Source of the DNA: Candidatus Saccharimonadota bacterium
Lineage (GTDB): Bacteria > Patescibacteriota > Saccharimonadia > CAILAD01 > GCA-016700035
Direction: 5' to 3'
NCBI GenBank assembly: GCA_046350755.1
Contig: JAXLZV010000001.1
Span: 544,823 to 608,822, forward strand
DNA length: 64,000 bases
This document shows, piece by piece, positions 59,650-64,000 of the stretch. The notes beneath the pieces are model-generated. The model was given only the letters and a program-made list of their open reading frames with translations, was not told where the DNA came from and did not search any database. Made by a program: the position numbers and the translations under genes. Numbering within the stretch: position 1 is the stretch's first letter; the number at the start of each line of letters is the position of its first letter.

Positions 59650-60252
59650 ATGAGCGAGCAGCTTCATCAGGATCGACGATCGCGCAACATAGTACTTGGC
59701 TTGATTGTGGTGAGCTTATTGGTCATTGGTTTGGTAGCCTGGCGGATGCAAATATTTATCCGGTCGCAGCCGCAAGCACGCCTGGCTCCTAAGCCGGTCT
59801 CCATGCAGCCAACGTCCGATCAGGTGGTTGTACAGACAGCGTGCTTTGCCTTTCTTTTGCCAAAAGATTTTGAAACAACCAGCTCGGCTGATTGCACGGC
59901 GAATAGTTATGCACGACCGCGCAAATATCAGTATGTTAATGTCGCGCCCTTCTATGGAGTGCAAAGCGATGACGAGATGTTGAGCCGTTGGCGACAACGA
60001 TGGCTGACCCTAGATGGCGGGGAAAAGGACTTAAGCCAAACTACTGTCGCCGGTAAGCCCGCCTGGCGTGTCGTCGATTACTACTCACAAAACCAAGAAT
60101 CATTTGTGACATATTTGGTCCGTTTGCCGCGTCCGGTGCGGGTGGAGGGTAGTCAGCCGGTGACCGCGCTGGAGATTCGAGCCTGGGGAACCACGGAAGC
60201 CGATCGGCAATTGCTTGAAAGTGTGATAGCCACTTGGCGGTGGCGTTTATAG
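59650..60252 (+). CDS. Membrane-anchored PsbP-like domain protein
   Basis: TM; VQTACF..C; C-terminal TWRWR. Confidence 0.55.
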   Translation: MSEQLHQDRRSRNIVLGLIVVSLLVIGLVAWRMQIFIRSQPQARLAPKPVSMQPTSDQVVVQTACFAFLLPKDFETTSSADCTANSYARPRKYQYVNVAPFYGVQSDDEMLSRWRQRWLTLDGGEKDLSQTTVAGKPAWRVVDYYSQNQESFVTYLVRLPRPVRVEGSQPVTALEIRAWGTTEADRQLLESVIATWRWRL

Positions 60253-60305
60253 GGCATAGCCTCGAAGATGCTCATGCTATACTGAGACGTGAGCAATATA
60301 CTGCC

Positions 60306-61370
60306 ATGAATCCGTCAGATAATCCAATCCAGCCAGATCCACAACCGGTTTCGCCATCTGATCCGCCGGTGTTTCATAACCCCTTGGCGCAGGCTTATGG
60401 CGATCATACTGGTCAGCTGCCACCGTCTGCAGTCCCGTCAACGCAACCGCCGGCGATTAGTCCCAAGCCGTTCACGCCCCCGATGGCTCCGCCGGCTGGA
60501 CCAGCTCCCGTGCAGCCAGCCCCAGCCCCAGCCCAGCCGACAGTGAACCAATTGCCCCAGACAGTTGTGAAGCCAGCGCCAGTGCGCTTAGCTCCTGAGC
60601 CAAAAGCGGACGATTATCATGCGGCGGCGGCTACTCAATCAGCCCACGTTGCGCCGTTTGGTACACCGGTGAACCAAGTCAACACCAGCACTTCGCCAAC
60701 TCCCGTACCGGCCAAAAAGAGTCGAAAGGGTCTCGTGGTTGGGCTGATAATTGGCTTGTCGTTGCTAGTGATCGGGGTCGGTGCCTTCCTTTTATTCAGG
60801 CCCGCCAAGAAGCCAACTGCGCCATCGCCCACAGCGTCGGTTGCGGCTGGCTCAAAACGTGACACGCAGGAAAAGTCCGTACAGCCATTCTCACAAAAGG
60901 TTATGACCGAATGTTATGTCACACAGGTACTTGTGCCGGTTGATACTCAGCTCAATAAAGACTGCACGCTCGACGTTCGCTATGGTGAACAAAAAATTTC
61001 TTCAATTACTGTTTCTCCGCAACGTGATTTTAATCTTGTGGCGGATCAATCTTCTGGCCAAGCTTCAGATGGCACGACCCGATTTGATACGGAAAAGTAT
61101 CTTGACGCGTTGATCGCTAACGCTATTTCTAAGGACCTCATTGTAACCCGCGAAAAGCTGACGGTTGGTGGCCTGGAGGCGACTAAGGTTGTTGGCAAAC
61201 AGCAAGCCAGTAGCGCCAGTATAGTGGCCTACGTGTTTATTGTGTTGCCCGAGGGAGATCGGAAATTTAACGAAAAGACGTTTGTCGCATTCATCATCAC
61301 GGGTGCGTATAATGATGATTATAGCCGTAAGGGTTTTGATCAAGCCCTCTCCACATGGTCGTGGAAATAA
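60306..61370 (+). CDS. Pro-rich membrane-anchored PsbP-like domain protein
   Basis: Pro-rich N-tail, TM, VMTECY..C, C-terminal TWSWK. Confidence 0.55.
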   Translation: MNPSDNPIQPDPQPVSPSDPPVFHNPLAQAYGDHTGQLPPSAVPSTQPPAISPKPFTPPMAPPAGPAPVQPAPAPAQPTVNQLPQTVVKPAPVRLAPEPKADDYHAAAATQSAHVAPFGTPVNQVNTSTSPTPVPAKKSRKGLVVGLIIGLSLLVIGVGAFLLFRPAKKPTAPSPTASVAAGSKRDTQEKSVQPFSQKVMTECYVTQVLVPVDTQLNKDCTLDVRYGEQKISSITVSPQRDFNLVADQSSGQASDGTTRFDTEKYLDALIANAISKDLIVTREKLTVGGLEATKVVGKQQASSASIVAYVFIVLPEGDRKFNEKTFVAFIITGAYNDDYSRKGFDQALSTWSWK

Positions 61371-61379
61371 GGAGATACT

Positions 61380-62009
61380 ATGAGTAATGTTATGCAGCCT
61401 TCTAAGCATCATCGAGCCTACCAAGCGCTGGGAATTGCCTTAGCCGTAGCGGCGCTTGGCTTTGTGATGTATCTGGGTGCACAGTATTGGAATCGGTTGA
61501 AGTCCACTGACGCTTCACAGAAGCAGGCGGCTAATCAAGCAGCTCAGCCCGGTAATGTGGTGAGAGATAATGCTGTAGTCACGACTCCATGCTATAGCTT
61601 TACCGTTAAAAGGACTTCAAGCTTTGGTGGCTTTGATGAATGTACTGTTCAGCTGACCTATGGCACTGATACGCAAAACAAACTCAATGTCTACAAGGGC
61701 AATGCCATTATTCAAGCCGATGCATCGAAGCCTTTTGTTGAACCTTATAAGGACCTGTTTGCCAAGAGAAATATCGAGGTGATTCGGGCTGAAGACATCA
61801 AGCTTGACGGTGAAACTGGTGGCTTATTCATCGTGCAAGACAATGCCACTAAGCAGAAGCAGGCCCAGATAATCGCCGTCTCTAAGACTGTCAGTAATGC
61901 TGACACCGCTTCGCCAATCCGTGCTGCATACACGGTAACGACACCGTACGCAACAGATGAGCAAAAAGCAGTGGTGCAGGGCATCATTGATACTTGGAAG
62001 TGGAAGTAA
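61380..62009 (+). CDS. Membrane-anchored PsbP-like domain protein
   Basis: TM; VTTPCY..C; C-terminal TWKWK. Confidence 0.55.
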   Translation: MSNVMQPSKHHRAYQALGIALAVAALGFVMYLGAQYWNRLKSTDASQKQAANQAAQPGNVVRDNAVVTTPCYSFTVKRTSSFGGFDECTVQLTYGTDTQNKLNVYKGNAIIQADASKPFVEPYKDLFAKRNIEVIRAEDIKLDGETGGLFIVQDNATKQKQAQIIAVSKTVSNADTASPIRAAYTVTTPYATDEQKAVVQGIIDTWKWK

Positions 62010-62587
62010 TCTCTACGCCTCATGCACTGATTATTCATGGCTGGAATGATGACCCAACAAAAGGTTGGCTCGGTTGGTTGTCACAAAAGTTAATAGATGC
62101 TGGATATCGTGTGGAGGCGCCCCACCTCTCGATTGAAGATCGACCGTTGCTGCCGAGCTGGGAGGCACAACTCAATACATCCACCACAGCGCTAGGGCAA
62201 GATTCATTAATTGTGGCTCACTCGCTGGGCACATTTCTCGCGCTGAGGTTACTCGAGGGTCTTCCTGAGGCACAGCGGGTCGGGACGATTGTCTTAGTTA
62301 GTGGCTTTTATGATTCTCCTGATGCGCGCGCCAGTCACTGGTTTTTACCCGAGCCGAATTGGTCGCTTATTAAATCCCGGGCGGAACGTTTTATCTGTAT
62401 ATATAGCGATGATGATCATATTGTGACACCTGATCGGACACGCCGGTTAGCTCATCAGCTCAGCGGAGAACTGATTTGCATGCCGAGCTATGGCCATTTT
62501 TTGGGTAGTCGAGGCATCGCAACTGTGCCAGAATTACTCGAGCTTCTGGAAGATAAGGGGCTTTACAAGCCGACTCCTAAGCGGTAG
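61994..62587 (+). CDS. RBBP9/YdeN-family alpha/beta hydrolase
   Basis: IIHGW, VAHSLG, SDDDHIV, GHF. Confidence 0.85.
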   Translation: MEVEVISTPHALIIHGWNDDPTKGWLGWLSQKLIDAGYRVEAPHLSIEDRPLLPSWEAQLNTSTTALGQDSLIVAHSLGTFLALRLLEGLPEAQRVGTIVLVSGFYDSPDARASHWFLPEPNWSLIKSRAERFICIYSDDDHIVTPDRTRRLAHQLSGELICMPSYGHFLGSRGIATVPELLELLEDKGLYKPTPKR

Positions 62588-62644
62588 AATCTTCACTTAC
62601 CTGTACCTGTCCAGCTCGGACGCAAATGAGGAGAGTGATAGAAA

Positions 62645-62986
62645 GTGCCAAGCAGTTTCAGTATGGCTGATCAGTTCACCGATGCATGTCTGGCCGTCTG
62701 CAAGGCTGAGGGGGTGAAGATCGACCCCGCTACCAGGGATCTGGTGATCGCCGAAGTGCACACCCAGCTCAACTTGCGCATGTTCCGCCCGGAGCGCATC
62801 GTTACCTTAGGCGGACCGCCTGAGTTGCCACGCACCGATCGGATCCTATGGGTCACGGCATTCGTGATGTGGAAGATCGGGATGCGCCCCAATCATCCCA
62901 AGTTCAGGCAGCTGACAACTGGCTTGCGCTTGCGCGAGGAAGCTGAAGCATCGTCTCAGCAGCCCATTCCGGCCAGCATCACCTGA
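62645..62986 (+). CDS. Small hypothetical protein (cassette)
   Basis: SD GAGGAG; promoter TTTACA-N17-TAGAAT; terminator 63001-63041. Confidence 0.5.
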   Translation: MPSSFSMADQFTDACLAVCKAEGVKIDPATRDLVIAEVHTQLNLRMFRPERIVTLGGPPELPRTDRILWVTAFVMWKIGMRPNHPKFRQLTTGLRLREEAEASSQQPIPASIT

Positions 62987-63084
62987 TCATCACTCCGCTT
63001 TACCCCGCCCCCAGACCTACGTGGTTTGGGGGCGGTATTCGTCTACTCTTCGGTATTTCATCCGTTGTGCCCTATAATGAAGCC

Positions 63085-64000
63085 ATGAACGATGTAGAAG
63101 AGGTAAAGCATCGGCTCGATATCGTCGAGGTAATTAGCGGCTATGTCGAGCTAAAGAAAGCTGGTAAAGACTATCGGGGTATCTCGCCGTTTCGGCAAGA
63201 GCGTACGCCAAGTTTTTTTGTCAGCCCCGATAAGCAGATTTGGCACGATTTTGGCTCCAATGAAGGCGGCGACGTGATTAGCTTTGTGATGCGCCAGGAG
63301 GGGCTAAGTTTTCCTGAGGCTCTTGAGATGTTGGCCGCCCGAGCAGGTGTGAAGCTTACGCGACGGGGTGGTGAAAAGGGTGAGTCGAAGTCGCGCCTTT
63401 ATGAGCTGGTTGAACTGGCCGTGAAGTACTATCACTATCAGCTATCGCAGTCGGCTGTGGCCCTGGACTACATTCGTAACAAGCGTGGACTGGAGACAGA
63501 GACGATTAAGGCTTTTATGGTCGGCTATGCGCCAGATACTTGGAGTGGTTTGACCGACTTTGCACTCAAAAAGGGCTTTCAGCAGGCGGAGTTAGTCACT
63601 GCTGGCCTGGCCGCGCGACGCAATCGTGGTGACGGTGTCTATGATGTTTTTCGGGGTCGAGTGATGTTTCCAGTTTATGATGCACAGGGGAGAGCAGTCG
63701 GCTTTTCCGGGCGGCTCATGAGTGACGAGGCGCGTGCGGCGAAGTATATTAATACTCCTGATACACCGCTGTACCATAAGTCGCGGGCGATGTTTGGCCT
63801 CAAGCAGGCTAAAGAAGCGATTCGTCAGGCAGACACTGCTGTCCTAGTGGAAGGTAATGTCGATGTCATATCGCTTTGGCAGCATGGTCAGAAGAATGTC
63901 GTGGCAGTCAGTGGTACAGCCCTAACGGCCGATCAGCTGAAGATTCTTGGTCGTTTAGCTCAGAAAATCATTCTCTGCTTTGACCAAGATTCGGCCGGAC
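63085..64000 (+). CDS. dnaG: DNA primase (truncated at window edge)
   Basis: Manual translation: SPFRQERTPSF, FRGRVMFP, KYINTPDT, LVEGNVDVI, AVSGTALT. Confidence 0.95.
   Translation, partial: MNDVEEVKHRLDIVEVISGYVELKKAGKDYRGISPFRQERTPSFFVSPDKQIWHDFGSNEGGDVISFVMRQEGLSFPEALEMLAARAGVKLTRRGGEKGESKSRLYELVELAVKYYHYQLSQSAVALDYIRNKRGLETETIKAFMVGYAPDTWSGLTDFALKKGFQQAELVTAGLAARRNRGDGVYDVFRGRVMFPVYDAQGRAVGFSGRLMSDEARAAKYINTPDTPLYHKSRAMFGLKQAKEAIRQADTAVLVEGNVDVISLWQHGQKNVVAVSGTALTADQLKILGRLAQKIILCFDQDSAG

Overview
Chromosomal segment of a small-genome bacterium, most likely Patescibacteria/CPR (Saccharimonadia-like). The inference rests on the PrgI-VirB6-like-tandem VirB2-like pilin cluster, two FemAB-type ligases, LCP, PGI/PMI and short intergenic spaces. 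It carries housekeeping genes (valS, tsaD, CIRCE-controlled groES-groEL, rarA, murE, gmk, dnaG start) and six canonical tRNAs. Three features stand out. (1) A ~1.1 kb minus-strand non-coding, highly base-paired RNA candidate (10330-11460) lies directly downstream of tRNA-Arg(GCG) and ends in a terminator. It embeds three CCA-less tRNA-like cloverleaves with aberrant anticodon loops, a kissing-loop pair, a pseudoknot, a palindromic loop and an exact 16S rRNA 790-loop motif. (2) There are two gene-expression architectures. Many native genes have only a -10 box 6-9 nt before ATG (leaderless-like). About 15 interspersed, mostly GC-rich accessory cassettes instead carry full -35/N17/-10 promoters, leaders, and usually an SD and terminator. 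(3) Several further structured non-coding leaders and sRNA candidates are present. All product calls come from motif recognition by eye; no database searches were run.
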